Part shown: positions 1 to 9,343 of the stretch, piece after piece | Position numbering within the stretch: the stretch's first letter is position 1 | Layout of the letters: every line of letters starts with the position of its first letter | Virus record (IMG/VR): IMGVR_UViG_3300032085_000337 | Span: 1 to 64,000 of that record | Length of the DNA: 64,000 nucleotides | DNA from: a virus | Strand: one strand, 5' to 3' | Made by a program: the position numbers and the translations under genes | The notes under the pieces: model-generated | The model's database searches: none | Told to the model about the DNA's origin: nothing | What the model saw: only the letters and a program-made list of their open reading frames with translations

Positions 1-99
1 GTGAACCGTGGGGCTACAGAAAACCGCCTCTGCGTCTACCGCATTGAACGTAACGAGGATGGTAGCAACCCTGAGATATTCGTGGAGGAAGCGTGATGA
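1..99 (+). repeat. Direct repeat copy 1 (matches 38865-38963)
   Basis: 1-91 identical to 38865-38955, one mismatch (C92 vs T38956), then GTGATGA identical; encodes the C-terminus of the 38598-38960 ORF. Confidence 0.95.
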
Positions 100-302
100 A
101 GTTTGACTATAAAAAGTATAAGCCCGCCTTCCTTGGAGTGTATCTGTTTATGTCTTTCCTAATGTGGGCGTATTTTATCGCCTCTGCCTTAGAAGCCCCT
201 GAACAGTATGACCTTGGTGATGCGATCGTTAGGGGGTGGGTACTTTCACTACTATGGCCCCTACTTGTCACGGTAGAACTCATGCGCAGGGTGCTATTCT
301 AA
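93..302 (+). CDS. Small two-TM membrane protein
   Basis: 69 aa, two hydrophobic segments, SLLWP motif, GGAGG RBS upstream. Confidence 0.7.
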   Translation: MMKFDYKKYKPAFLGVYLFMSFLMWAYFIASALEAPEQYDLGDAIVRGWVLSLLWPLLVTVELMRRVLF

Positions 303-327
303 AACAGGAGAGACAGATGAGTGACAG

Positions 328-564
328 ATGTTTACTGTAGAGTTTGAACCAGAGTGTTCAGTCATAACTTGCCTTGACAATCATGATGCCTTTGATGATG
401 TTGAGGTAGTAGTATGCGAGGACAACTCAGTGTTTATTGTACAACACATGTTAGATGTAGACGATACAAACATAATCTACATGTCCTACCAACAACTCAC
501 TGAGATTGCAGCTGCTCTTGACATGCCTGAAGGGGCTTACATACTAGGAAATAAAGGAGATTGA
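328..564 (+). CDS. Hypothetical acidic protein
   Basis: 78 aa ORF in a tightly packed + strand run. Confidence 0.65.
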   Translation: MFTVEFEPECSVITCLDNHDAFDDVEVVVCEDNSVFIVQHMLDVDDTNIIYMSYQQLTEIAAALDMPEGAYILGNKGD

Positions 565-565
565 A

Positions 566-754
566 ATGATCTATGGACTATACGTTTTTGCTATCATGTA
601 TTCACTTGGAGCTATACTTCTCCTTGCTATTACAGAAGCAGCAGAGGAAGACAATCCTAATGCTGACTTGAATCTAGCCTTGCTCTGGCCTTACATTGCT
701 GTTAGAGTAATCCTTGAACGGATTGTGAACGGCCCATACAAGGATGATGAATGA
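566..754 (+). CDS. Small two-TM membrane protein
   Basis: 62 aa, AAGGAG RBS, two hydrophobic segments, ALLWP motif. Confidence 0.7.
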   Translation: MIYGLYVFAIMYSLGAILLLAITEAAEEDNPNADLNLALLWPYIAVRVILERIVNGPYKDDE

Positions 755-933
755 TGCGGTGCTACATTTGCAATGCTATGACAACAGACAACGAGATATA
801 CTGGGAAGAGGACAGACAGGACTGGTCACCATGTCCTAAGTGTATCGCCAAGGTAAAGGAGGCACAGAATGTCGAGCTTTTCGATGGACTACGAACACAA
901 GAAACACCAGCCATGCCAAAGCTGCGGGAGTAG
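751..933 (+). CDS. Small zinc-ribbon protein
   Basis: CYIC...CPKC motif; ATGA overlap with the upstream gene. Confidence 0.6.
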   Translation: MMRCYICNAMTTDNEIYWEEDRQDWSPCPKCIAKVKEAQNVELFDGLRTQETPAMPKLRE

Positions 934-2437
934 TGACGGAGCATACCCCTACGAGGATGGTATCTACTGTCATGTCTGCAAGACTAAAACATTTAATGAT
1001 GATGGAGACACACAAGTGACAGAACAAAAGACACTACCACCTATTCGGGGTAAGATCATGGCTGTCCCTAGCCGTGGACTAAACAAGGCAACAGCTGAGA
1101 AGTATCGTGCTCTTACCTCAGACGATAAGATCAGCCTGCTCTACACAACAGAGGGTAAGGTCACCTCCTTTAAGGAACGGGGTCTATCTGAGAAGACATT
1201 CAAGTTCAACGGCCCAGCGCAGACAGACTTGTTTGGACAGTCAGCCTTCTCTAAGGGTGGTAAGTCAGTCACCATTACTGAGGGTGAGTTCGATGCAATG
1301 GCTGCTTATCAGATGCTCTATATGTCTGAGCCTTGTGTCTCTGTTATCAACGGATCATCTGGTGCAGTGAAGGACTGTAAACGTAACTACGAGTGGCTTG
1401 ATAGTTTCGAGAAGATCAACATTGCATTTGACAACGACAAGGCAGGGCAGGATGCAGCTATGGCAGTAGCTGAGTTGTTTGATCCCCGTAAGGTTCGTCT
1501 TGTTACCATGACCCTCAACGATCCTAATGACTACATCAAGCAGGGGCGTGAACGAGACTTCATTGATGCACACAAGAAGGCTGCTCCCTTCACACCTGAT
1601 GGTATCCTTGCTGGTTCATCCCTCTACGATCTAGTATCAACACCACCTGAGTATGACTGTGTTCCTTATCCCTTCTCTGGTCTCAACAGAATGACTAAGG
1701 GTCTACGAACAGGGGAGCTGATCACGTTTGTAGCTGGTACAGGTGTTGGTAAGACACAGGTGATGCGAGAAATACTTTACTCACTGATCCAACAGGACAA
1801 GGGTAACGTAGGGACACTCTTCCTAGAAGAACCTGTAAGGGATACAGGTCTAGGTATGATGTCTATCCAAGCAGAGAAACCACTACATCTAACAGATACA
1901 ATCTACACTAAGGAAGAATTTGATAATGCGTATGAGAGCACTCTTGGAACTGGTCGGGTCTTTCTCTATGATTCTTTTGGCAGCAATTCTGTGGAACGTA
2001 TTGTTAGCATGGTTCGTTATCTAGCACGTTCATGTGACTGTAAGTTTATCATCTTGGATCACATCAGTATCGTTGTATCAGATCATGCCAAGGATGAACG
2101 TAAAGCACTGGATGAGATTGCTACCAAGCTAAAGACCTTGACAGTAGAACTAGATATCTGTTTGATTATGGTGTCACACCTTAACCGTGACAAGAACCGT
2201 AAGCCTCCAGAAGAGGGTGGGACTATCAACCTGCAAGACATTCGAGGGACAGCAGGTATTGGTCAACTCTCTAACATCATCATTGCCTTGGAACGTAACA
2301 CACAGGCAGACGATGAACTCGAACGTAACACTACTCGTGTTCGTGTAATCAAGAACCGTTTCACTGGTGAGACAGGGGTGGCTGATAGCCTGACATACTC
2401 CCGCCACACTGGTAGACTTAAAAGCTACGAAGGATAA
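869..2437 (+). CDS. T7 gp4-like DNA primase-helicase
   Basis: N-terminal CxxC..CxxC zinc finger, TOPRIM (ITEGEFDA; AFDNDKAG), DnaB-like helicase (AGTGVGKT; ILDHIS; KNRFTG); AAGGAGG RBS before ATG 869. Confidence 0.95.
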   Translation: MSSFSMDYEHKKHQPCQSCGSSDGAYPYEDGIYCHVCKTKTFNDDGDTQVTEQKTLPPIRGKIMAVPSRGLNKATAEKYRALTSDDKISLLYTTEGKVTSFKERGLSEKTFKFNGPAQTDLFGQSAFSKGGKSVTITEGEFDAMAAYQMLYMSEPCVSVINGSSGAVKDCKRNYEWLDSFEKINIAFDNDKAGQDAAMAVAELFDPRKVRLVTMTLNDPNDYIKQGRERDFIDAHKKAAPFTPDGILAGSSLYDLVSTPPEYDCVPYPFSGLNRMTKGLRTGELITFVAGTGVGKTQVMREILYSLIQQDKGNVGTLFLEEPVRDTGLGMMSIQAEKPLHLTDTIYTKEEFDNAYESTLGTGRVFLYDSFGSNSVERIVSMVRYLARSCDCKFIILDHISIVVSDHAKDERKALDEIATKLKTLTVELDICLIMVSHLNRDKNRKPPEEGGTINLQDIRGTAGIGQLSNIIIALERNTQADDELERNTTRVRVIKNRFTGETGVADSLTYSRHTGRLKSYEG

Positions 2438-2440
2438 GAC

Positions 2441-2641
2441 ATGGCTAGAGCATCAATAGTAGACTATAACATCATGGGTCATACGTATATGTCAGAAGGG
2501 GACTACCACTGGGTACTAGTAGACAGCACAGATTCCTTAAAAGAAGCAAAGAAAGTCTTAAAGGAAATAGAGAAAGATAATGACATAGGGGAGTACATCG
2601 ATTTCAGAATTCAAGAAGTTGTAACAACAATAGTAGGATAG
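2441..2641 (+). CDS. Hypothetical protein
   Basis: 66 aa ORF filling the gap between helicase and polymerase. Confidence 0.65.
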   Translation: MARASIVDYNIMGHTYMSEGDYHWVLVDSTDSLKEAKKVLKEIEKDNDIGEYIDFRIQEVVTTIVG

Positions 2642-2646
2642 AAACA

Positions 2647-4389
2647 ATGGAAGTAGTATTCGATATTGAGACAGACGCATTGGATGCTACCGTCATTCAC
2701 GTTCTCGTAGCTAAGCGTGTAGGCCAGAAAGGTTTCTATGTTGTCCGAGATGCTGAGACATTCAAACGTCTAGCTAAACAGGTAACACTCTGGATCGGCC
2801 ACAACGTGATCGGTTTCGACATACCTCAGATCAAGAAACTCTGGGGCTATGAGATACCTCTCAAGGATGTAGCAGACACTCTCGTCATGTCTCGTTTGTC
2901 AGACCCTACCCGTAAGGGTGGTCATAGTCTGGATGCTCTATCAGGTAACGAGAAGATAGACTTCCATGACTTCTCTACCTACACCCCTGAGATGCTAGCC
3001 TACTGTAAACAGGACGTAGCTATCAACGAGAAGGTTTACCTACAACTTAAGGAGGAACTCAGCAACTTCGGTAAGGCTTCAATCCAACTAGAACACCAGA
3101 TGCAAGCCATCGTATGTGAGCAAGAGAAGAATGGATTTATGCTTGACACTGATATTGCAGAGGAAATCTACACCACATGTCTACGAGAGACTAACCGTAT
3201 CGAAGCAGAGATCAAGGAGTTCATGGTTCCTATCGCTGTCCCTGTCAAAGAGGTGATCATCAAACGTAAGAAGGATGGTTCTATCTACTCCAACCAACTA
3301 CTTGAGGGTTGCAATGTACAGGGAGACTATACCAAGATAGCTTGGGAGGAGTTCAACCTAGGCTCACCTGTTCAGGTTAACAAACGTCTAGACAGGTTGG
3401 GTTGGAAGCCCACAGTTAAAACCAAGTCAGGTAACTCATATAAGATTTGTCCTGAGAACCTCGCCACAATCCCTGACACAGCCCCTGAGGCCGTTAAAGG
3501 ACTGAAGGCATGGAAGGTACTAGAGACACGGTGGAAGCTCGCACAGGAGTGGCTACAGAAGTCACAGGAGACAGGTAGGGTACATGGTAGAGTTATCCTT
3601 ACTGGTGCAGTAACACACAGGGCCGCACACCAAGGTCCAAACATGGCAAACATTCCTTCCGTACCACACGGTAAGGATGGTATCCTCTGGAAGATGGAGG
3701 GTATGTACGGTGCAGAGTGCAGGCAAGCATTCAAAGTACCAGAAGGTAAGTTGCTAGTGGGTACAGATGCTGCAGGTATTCAGCTGCGTGTCCTTGCTCA
3801 CTACATGAATGACCCTATCTATACTGAACAGGTCATTGATGGTGACATCCACACCTTTAACAAGGAAGCGCTGGGCAGGTACTGTAAGGATCGTCCCACT
3901 GCTAAGACATTCATCTACGCCTTCCTGCTCGGTGCAGGTACTGGTATGATTGCTAGTATTCTAGGCTGTAACAACCGTCAGGCTAATGAAGCAATGGCTA
4001 ACTTCTACGAGGCTATTCCGTCCCTCAAGAAGCTTAAGTCACAGGCATCACAGGCAGCGAGCATGGGGTGGATGAAGGGATTAGATGGTCGTGTGCTACG
4101 AATAGGTAGTGACCACCTAGCATTGTCTGTTTACCTACAGGGTGGGGAGACAGTTATCATGAGGTTAGCCAATGTATTCTGGCAACGACAAGCAAAGAAG
4201 GAGGGGATTAACTTTAAGCAGTGTGCATGGGTTCACGACGAATGGCAAACAGAAGTCGATGAAGATCAGGCCCAGCGCCTTGGAGAGATACAGGTACAGG
4301 CTATCAAGGATGCAGGTACTTTCTTTAAACTAAACTGCCCGATGGATGGAGAAGCAAAAATCGGGAAGAACTGGCTAGAAACGCATTGA
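2647..4389 (+). CDS. polA: Family A DNA polymerase with 3'-5' exonuclease (T7 gp5-like)
   Basis: ExoI FDIETD, GHNVIGFD, YCKQD; motif A DAAGIQLR, motif B RPTAKTFIYAFLLG, motif C VHDE. Confidence 0.95.
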   Translation: MEVVFDIETDALDATVIHVLVAKRVGQKGFYVVRDAETFKRLAKQVTLWIGHNVIGFDIPQIKKLWGYEIPLKDVADTLVMSRLSDPTRKGGHSLDALSGNEKIDFHDFSTYTPEMLAYCKQDVAINEKVYLQLKEELSNFGKASIQLEHQMQAIVCEQEKNGFMLDTDIAEEIYTTCLRETNRIEAEIKEFMVPIAVPVKEVIIKRKKDGSIYSNQLLEGCNVQGDYTKIAWEEFNLGSPVQVNKRLDRLGWKPTVKTKSGNSYKICPENLATIPDTAPEAVKGLKAWKVLETRWKLAQEWLQKSQETGRVHGRVILTGAVTHRAAHQGPNMANIPSVPHGKDGILWKMEGMYGAECRQAFKVPEGKLLVGTDAAGIQLRVLAHYMNDPIYTEQVIDGDIHTFNKEALGRYCKDRPTAKTFIYAFLLGAGTGMIASILGCNNRQANEAMANFYEAIPSLKKLKSQASQAASMGWMKGLDGRVLRIGSDHLALSVYLQGGETVIMRLANVFWQRQAKKEGINFKQCAWVHDEWQTEVDEDQAQRLGEIQVQAIKDAGTFFKLNCPMDGEAKIGKNWLETH

Positions 4390-4414
4390 CACCACATTGT
4401 GTGTAATGTACAAT
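4386..4414 (+). promoter_or_regulatory. Sigma70-type promoter upstream of the SSB gene
   Basis: TTGACA (4386-4391), 17 bp spacer, TACAAT (4409-4414). Confidence 0.75.
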
Positions 4415-4447
4415 AATCAAACAGACCAACGCCATAAGGAGATAAAC

Positions 4448-4984
4448 ATGGCCGACAAGAAAATCGTACTGAAGAACGTAGAAGTAAGCTGGGCAAAGTT
4501 GCTGGAGGCAGGCCTCAAGTATAAGTCAGAGACAGAGTATGAGTTCTCTGTATCAGTCAAGGCTAACGACCAGCTGCGTGATCTGATGAAGTCCTTCAAG
4601 CTCAACAAGCAGTTCAAGACTAAGGACTCTACATTTGATGGTGAAGAGTTTATCAACCTCACACTAGACACACGTACAAAGAGTGGTTGGGTTCGTCACG
4701 GTGAAGTCTTCGATGAGTTTGGTGATCCAACTAAAGACCTGATTGGTAACGGTTCCAAGATGAACCTGTTCGTAAGTATCGGTCAGAGCAGCTATGGTAA
4801 CATTATCAAGCTTGGTCACCTCGAAGACATGGACATGGAGAGTAAGGAGATGATGTTCCACTTCGGTCAGGTCATGGAACTCGTACCATTCGAAGCACCG
4901 TCAGCTGTTATCAAGAAAGAGAAACAGATCAACGAGTCAGTAGAAGCTTCTGCAGATGACGAGATGGAGATTCCGTTTGGTTGA
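4448..4984 (+). CDS. Probable single-stranded DNA-binding protein (gp2.5-like)
   Basis: AAGGAG RBS before ATG 4448; IGNGS motif; acidic C-terminal tail ending DDEMEIPFG; follows the polymerase gene. Confidence 0.7.
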   Translation: MADKKIVLKNVEVSWAKLLEAGLKYKSETEYEFSVSVKANDQLRDLMKSFKLNKQFKTKDSTFDGEEFINLTLDTRTKSGWVRHGEVFDEFGDPTKDLIGNGSKMNLFVSIGQSSYGNIIKLGHLEDMDMESKEMMFHFGQVMELVPFEAPSAVIKKEKQINESVEASADDEMEIPFG

Positions 4985-5417
4985 TTACCTAGTCACCAAG
5001 AAAGGAGATGAGTTGGAGGGGCTGTCCTTGCCCCTTCACTCTATCGAAGAAGAAGGGGTAGTACTCCTCTATGATGGTGATCTTTTTCTTTACTCACACG
5101 ACGATGTAGAGGAAGACTACTACGTAGATCAAGGTCCACTACCTGAGGATGCTGAGGCCAGAAAGAACATACCTGTTTACTCTGGTTTCTTTAAGTACTT
5201 CCCTGATGCTATTGTAGCTGTCTCTCACCTATCTCTGATCGGAGGTATCCAACACGGTCAGACACGAGAGACACTGCACTGGGATAGAAGTAAGTCTACC
5301 GACCATACTGACGCCCTGTTACGGCATCTTCTTGAAGAGGATTGGGCAGCTGTTGCATGGAGAGCATTAGCTCAACTACAGAAGTCCATAGAAGAAGAAA
5401 GGAAATACGATGACTGA
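4956..5417 (+). CDS. DUF5664-like dATP/dGTP diphosphohydrolase-domain protein
   Basis: RKNIPVYSGFFKYFPDA...HWDRSKSTDHTDALLRH...AVAWRALAQLQ pattern recognised by eye; start uncertain. Confidence 0.55.
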   Translation: MTRWRFRLVDYLVTKKGDELEGLSLPLHSIEEEGVVLLYDGDLFLYSHDDVEEDYYVDQGPLPEDAEARKNIPVYSGFFKYFPDAIVAVSHLSLIGGIQHGQTRETLHWDRSKSTDHTDALLRHLLEEDWAAVAWRALAQLQKSIEEERKYDD

Positions 5418-6273
5418 GGAAACCAAGAGCATTGATACCCTGATTGATGACATCTACTCTGTCTTCACTGATGGTTACAGTAAGTCTCCTGACAACGAGA
5501 AACTGATTGATGCTTTTGGTGAAGCCATGAAGGGCTTGATGAGGTCTCGTTTGACACCACGGGAGAGTTCAGGTGGTACTCTTCGACTGTCAGCTATCGG
5601 TAAACCCGCACGACAACTGTGGTACGATAGCCGAGGGGTAGAGAAGCCTGACTTTACTGGAGACCAACTACTCAAGTTCTTCTACGGTGACGTTATCGAA
5701 GAGGTTCTTCTTACTCTAGCTAAACTTTCTGGTCACAGTGTGACAAATGAGCAACAGAAAGTAGTAGTCGCAGGCATTACAGGACACATGGACGCAGTGA
5801 TTGATGGTCATGTGATTGATGTTAAGTCTGCCTCAGCTACTGCCTTCAAGAAGTTCGATCAGGGTTCTCTAGTATTTGATGATCCATTTGGTTACATGCA
5901 CCAGATCGCAGCATACTCAGAGGCAGTAGAGGGTAACAAGGGTTCAGGGTTCTTAGCTATGAACAAGGTTGATGGTAAACTAACCCTCTTCCAACCTGAC
6001 CCTGACTTCTTACCTGACACACAGGAACGAGTAGACTATCTCAAGGAAGCCTTGGCCTCTGACACACCACCAGAACGGTGTTACGAGGAAGTAACTGAGA
6101 CTAACGGGAACAAGAAACTCCCTATGGGTTGTGCCTTCTGTTCCTTTAAGAAGGAGTGTTGGAAGGATGCTAACAATGGTTCAGGTCTTCGGGGTTTTGG
6201 GTATAGCTTTGGGACTGTGTATCTTACACATGTCGAGAAAGCCCCCAGAGTAGGGGAAGTGGATGTTGAATAG
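5410..6273 (+). CDS. PD-(D/E)XK exonuclease (Cas4/RecB-like)
   Basis: GHMDAVIDGHVIDVKS, QIAAY, C-terminal CAFCSFKKEC. Confidence 0.8.
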   Translation: MTEETKSIDTLIDDIYSVFTDGYSKSPDNEKLIDAFGEAMKGLMRSRLTPRESSGGTLRLSAIGKPARQLWYDSRGVEKPDFTGDQLLKFFYGDVIEEVLLTLAKLSGHSVTNEQQKVVVAGITGHMDAVIDGHVIDVKSASATAFKKFDQGSLVFDDPFGYMHQIAAYSEAVEGNKGSGFLAMNKVDGKLTLFQPDPDFLPDTQERVDYLKEALASDTPPERCYEEVTETNGNKKLPMGCAFCSFKKECWKDANNGSGLRGFGYSFGTVYLTHVEKAPRVGEVDVE

Positions 6274-6667
6274 TAAGAGTTCAACTAGGAAGAGAGCACT
6301 CAAGGCTGGTTATCGTTCTGGCCTTGAGGAACAAACAGCAAAAGACTTGAAGAAACGTAAGGTTCTGTTTACTTACGAAGAGACAAAGATCAAGTGGTTA
6401 GATAGTAAGGTGCGGACATATACTCCCGACTTTGTATTACCTAACGGTGTGATCGTTGAGACCAAGGGCAGGTTCGTAGCAGCGGACAGACGTAAGCACT
6501 TGGAGATACAGAAACAATTTGGAACACTGTATGATATCCGATTTGTTTTCACTAACAGCAAAGCAAAGCTTTACAAAGGGGCCAAGTCCTCTTATGCTGA
6601 TTGGTGTAACAAGCACGGTTTCTTATACGCAGACAAGACCATACCTGAGGATTGGTTAAATGAATGA
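6263..6667 (+). CDS. Endonuclease I / Holliday junction resolvase (T7 gp3-like)
   Basis: YRSGLE, YTPDF, VETKGRF, DIRFVF, W...HGF motifs. Confidence 0.92.
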   Translation: MLNSKSSTRKRALKAGYRSGLEEQTAKDLKKRKVLFTYEETKIKWLDSKVRTYTPDFVLPNGVIVETKGRFVAADRRKHLEIQKQFGTLYDIRFVFTNSKAKLYKGAKSSYADWCNKHGFLYADKTIPEDWLNE

Positions 6668-6845
6668 AGACCTAGTTACCCGTATCGTTGATAGGTTTAG
6701 TATTGCTGAACTGGCAGAGGTTGTAGGTATTACTCCTCGTATGTTCATTGATGCCTTTGAAGACGAGATACTTGATAACCTGACAGCCTTGGCGGATATA
6801 GACCAAGGGTTTGTAATAGAGGATGATGACGATGAATATGAATGA
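6660..6845 (+). CDS. Small acidic hypothetical protein
   Basis: 61 aa, overlapping both neighbours. Confidence 0.6.
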   Translation: MNEDLVTRIVDRFSIAELAEVVGITPRMFIDAFEDEILDNLTALADIDQGFVIEDDDDEYE

Positions 6846-7143
6846 CTACCAACAACAGGCTGTAGAGACAGCTATCTACCCTAGCACAGCACAGGTTACC
6901 TACCCTGCTATGGGTTTGGCTAACGAGGCGGGAGAGGTTCTGGGTAAGGTAAAGAAGATCATTCGGGATGGTACGTTTAACCGTGATGATATCGCAGATG
7001 AACTTGGGGATGTTCTCTGGTACGCAGCTGCACTAGCCCGTGACCTTAACACTGACCTGTCTGCCATTGCCCAACGTAACTTGGATAAGTTAGCCAGTCG
7101 TAAGGAACGTGGTACACTTAAGGGTAGTGGTGATAAACGATGA
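6823..7143 (+). CDS. mazG: MazG-like nucleotide pyrophosphohydrolase
   Basis: GLANEAGEV...DELGDVLWY...NLDKLASR. Confidence 0.88.
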   Translation: MMTMNMNDYQQQAVETAIYPSTAQVTYPAMGLANEAGEVLGKVKKIIRDGTFNRDDIADELGDVLWYAAALARDLNTDLSAIAQRNLDKLASRKERGTLKGSGDKR

Positions 7144-7322
7144 CATGGTTCTGGAGATACATTAACTACCTAGCTACATGGCGGGAACATCGTAAGGTCA
7201 TTAAGCAACTCAATAAGTTTAGTGACAGGGAACTACGGGACATCGGGATCACACGGGGTGATATTGATAGACTGGTGTGGCTCAAAGAAGATAAAGACGC
7301 AAGCGGAAGAGAAACAAAATGA
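7140..7322 (+). CDS. DUF1127 (YjiS-like) small protein
   Basis: WREHRKVIKQLNKFSDRELRDIGITRGDI fits the DUF1127 L..LSD..L.DIG..R.DI signature. Confidence 0.8.
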   Translation: MTWFWRYINYLATWREHRKVIKQLNKFSDRELRDIGITRGDIDRLVWLKEDKDASGRETK

Positions 7323-9334
7323 ATAACTATCAAGAAGTATCAACACGAGCAGAGGTTGTAACACGGCGCACGTACAACCGTCCACTTAACGATGAAGGCA
7401 CTGTGTTCGAGACATGGGCACAAACAGTAGACCGTGTGATCGACCACCAACGATGGCTCTGGGAACGTCAACAACGTGCGGAGTTAAACGAGAAACAATC
7501 AGCAGAACTTACAGAGCTTCGTCAGCTTATGCTTGACCGTAAGGCTACTACATCAGGCCGTACACTCTGGCTAGGTGGTACAGACGTAGCCAAGAAACGT
7601 GAGGCATCTCAGTTTAACTGTAGCTTCGGAAACGTAGAGACAGTTCATGACGTTGTAGATGCTCAGCACCTTCTGCTACAGGGTTGTGGCGTAGGTTTCT
7701 ACCCATCTGTGGGTATCCTCAGTGGCTTTACTGCTCCTGTTGAAGTACAGGTTGTACGTTCAGAGAAGCAGAAGTCTGATCCAAAGGGAGCAGAGGACAA
7801 CGTAGAAGCCTTCTATCAGGAAGACGGTAAGTCAGTATGGGAGGTTGTCGTAGGTGACTCAGCTGAGGCTTGGGCTAAGTCCTTTGGTAAGCTTGTAGCT
7901 ATGAAGAAGCGTGTAGACATTATGCGTCTCAACTACCGTGAAATCCGTGCTGCTGGTATGCGCTTGAAGGGTTACGGCTGGATTAGTTCTGGTGATTCCG
8001 ACTTGTCTGTAGCTCAGACAGCTATCTGTGGTATCCTCAATGATCGTGCAGGTCAGCTGCTACGTCACATGGATATCCTTGATCTGTTGAACCACATGGG
8101 TACAGTCCTGTCTTCACGCCGTAGTGCAGAGATTGCTGTACTCCCTGTGACTAACCCAGAGATTGATGCCTTTATCTCAGCCAAGAAAGACTTCTGGTTG
8201 CATGGCAATGAGCATCGTCAACAGTCTAACAACTCAATCATGTTTGACACCAAGCCTACAAAGTGGGAACTGTCTTACATCTTTGATAAGATTGTAGAAG
8301 CAGGTGGCTCAGAACCAGGATTTATCAATGCTGAGGCTGCTCGTAAACGTGCCCCGTGGTTCAAGGGTGTTAATCCCTGTGCTGAAATCCTCTTGGGTAA
8401 CAAGAGCTTCTGCAACCTTGTAGAGGTAGACTGGGGTAAGTTCCTTGGTGATCACGGTGGACTTGAACGTGCTGTGTGGCTTGCTGCCCGTGCTAACTAT
8501 CGTCAGACATGTGTGAACCTTGATGATGGTGTACTGCAGCGTTCATGGCATGAGCTTAATGAGTTCCTACGTCTCTGTGGTGTTGGTGGTACAGGCATTG
8601 TTAAGTTCCTTGATCACTATACAGGTCGTAACAATGTAGCTTCTATGTTGCAGTCTCTACGTGCTCAGGCACACAAGGGTGCTAACTCAATGGCAGAAGA
8701 GTTTGGTACTCCTATGCCTAAGGCTGTCACTACTGTTAAGCCCTCAGGTACACTGTCTAAGATCATGGACACTACAGAGGGTGTACACAAGCCGCTTGGT
8801 AAGTACATCATCAACAACATCACGTTCTCCAAGGATGATCCAATCATTGCTTCACTTGAGGCAGCTGGATACAAAGTCTTTGAGAAGCCGTTTGAACCCT
8901 CAAGCAAGCTTGTAGCTATGCCTGTGTGTTATGATGATGTTAGCTTTGATGAGGTAGAGACAGATCGGGGTACAGTACATGTTAACCTAGAGTCAGCAGT
9001 AGAACAGTTAGATCGTTACAAACTGTTGATGGACAACTATGTAGACCACAACTGTTCAGTCACAATCAGCTATGACCCATCCGAGGTTCCAGCTATCATT
9101 GACTGGATTCTGACTAACTGGGATACATACGTAGGTGTTTCATTCATCTATCGTAATGACCCTACCAAGACTGCAGAAGACTTGGGCTATGCCTACCTTC
9201 CACAGGAAGTCATCACAGAGGAGGCCTATGTTGCGTATACATCACAGCTTAAGCCTTTGGACCTCTCAGGTCTTACTTCTGACGATGATCTTGTAGATGA
9301 GGCTTGTGCTACAGGTGCTTGTCCTATACGATAG
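7319..9334 (+). CDS. nrdJ: Class II adenosylcobalamin-dependent ribonucleotide reductase
   Basis: RTYNR..ETW, SGRTLW, FNC, GCGVGF, NPCAEI, TVKPSGT, C-terminal CATGACP; no small subunit present. Confidence 0.92.
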   Translation: MNNYQEVSTRAEVVTRRTYNRPLNDEGTVFETWAQTVDRVIDHQRWLWERQQRAELNEKQSAELTELRQLMLDRKATTSGRTLWLGGTDVAKKREASQFNCSFGNVETVHDVVDAQHLLLQGCGVGFYPSVGILSGFTAPVEVQVVRSEKQKSDPKGAEDNVEAFYQEDGKSVWEVVVGDSAEAWAKSFGKLVAMKKRVDIMRLNYREIRAAGMRLKGYGWISSGDSDLSVAQTAICGILNDRAGQLLRHMDILDLLNHMGTVLSSRRSAEIAVLPVTNPEIDAFISAKKDFWLHGNEHRQQSNNSIMFDTKPTKWELSYIFDKIVEAGGSEPGFINAEAARKRAPWFKGVNPCAEILLGNKSFCNLVEVDWGKFLGDHGGLERAVWLAARANYRQTCVNLDDGVLQRSWHELNEFLRLCGVGGTGIVKFLDHYTGRNNVASMLQSLRAQAHKGANSMAEEFGTPMPKAVTTVKPSGTLSKIMDTTEGVHKPLGKYIINNITFSKDDPIIASLEAAGYKVFEKPFEPSSKLVAMPVCYDDVSFDEVETDRGTVHVNLESAVEQLDRYKLLMDNYVDHNCSVTISYDPSEVPAIIDWILTNWDTYVGVSFIYRNDPTKTAEDLGYAYLPQEVITEEAYVAYTSQLKPLDLSGLTSDDDLVDEACATGACPIR

Positions 9335-9343
9335 GTTTTGGCA

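Noticed and set aside
1-99. attL/attR of an integrated prophage, or the virion terminal repeat
   Set aside because: No integrase seen; the repeat lies inside a coding gene and starts exactly at the window edge, while the likely physical ends are in 35187-36144
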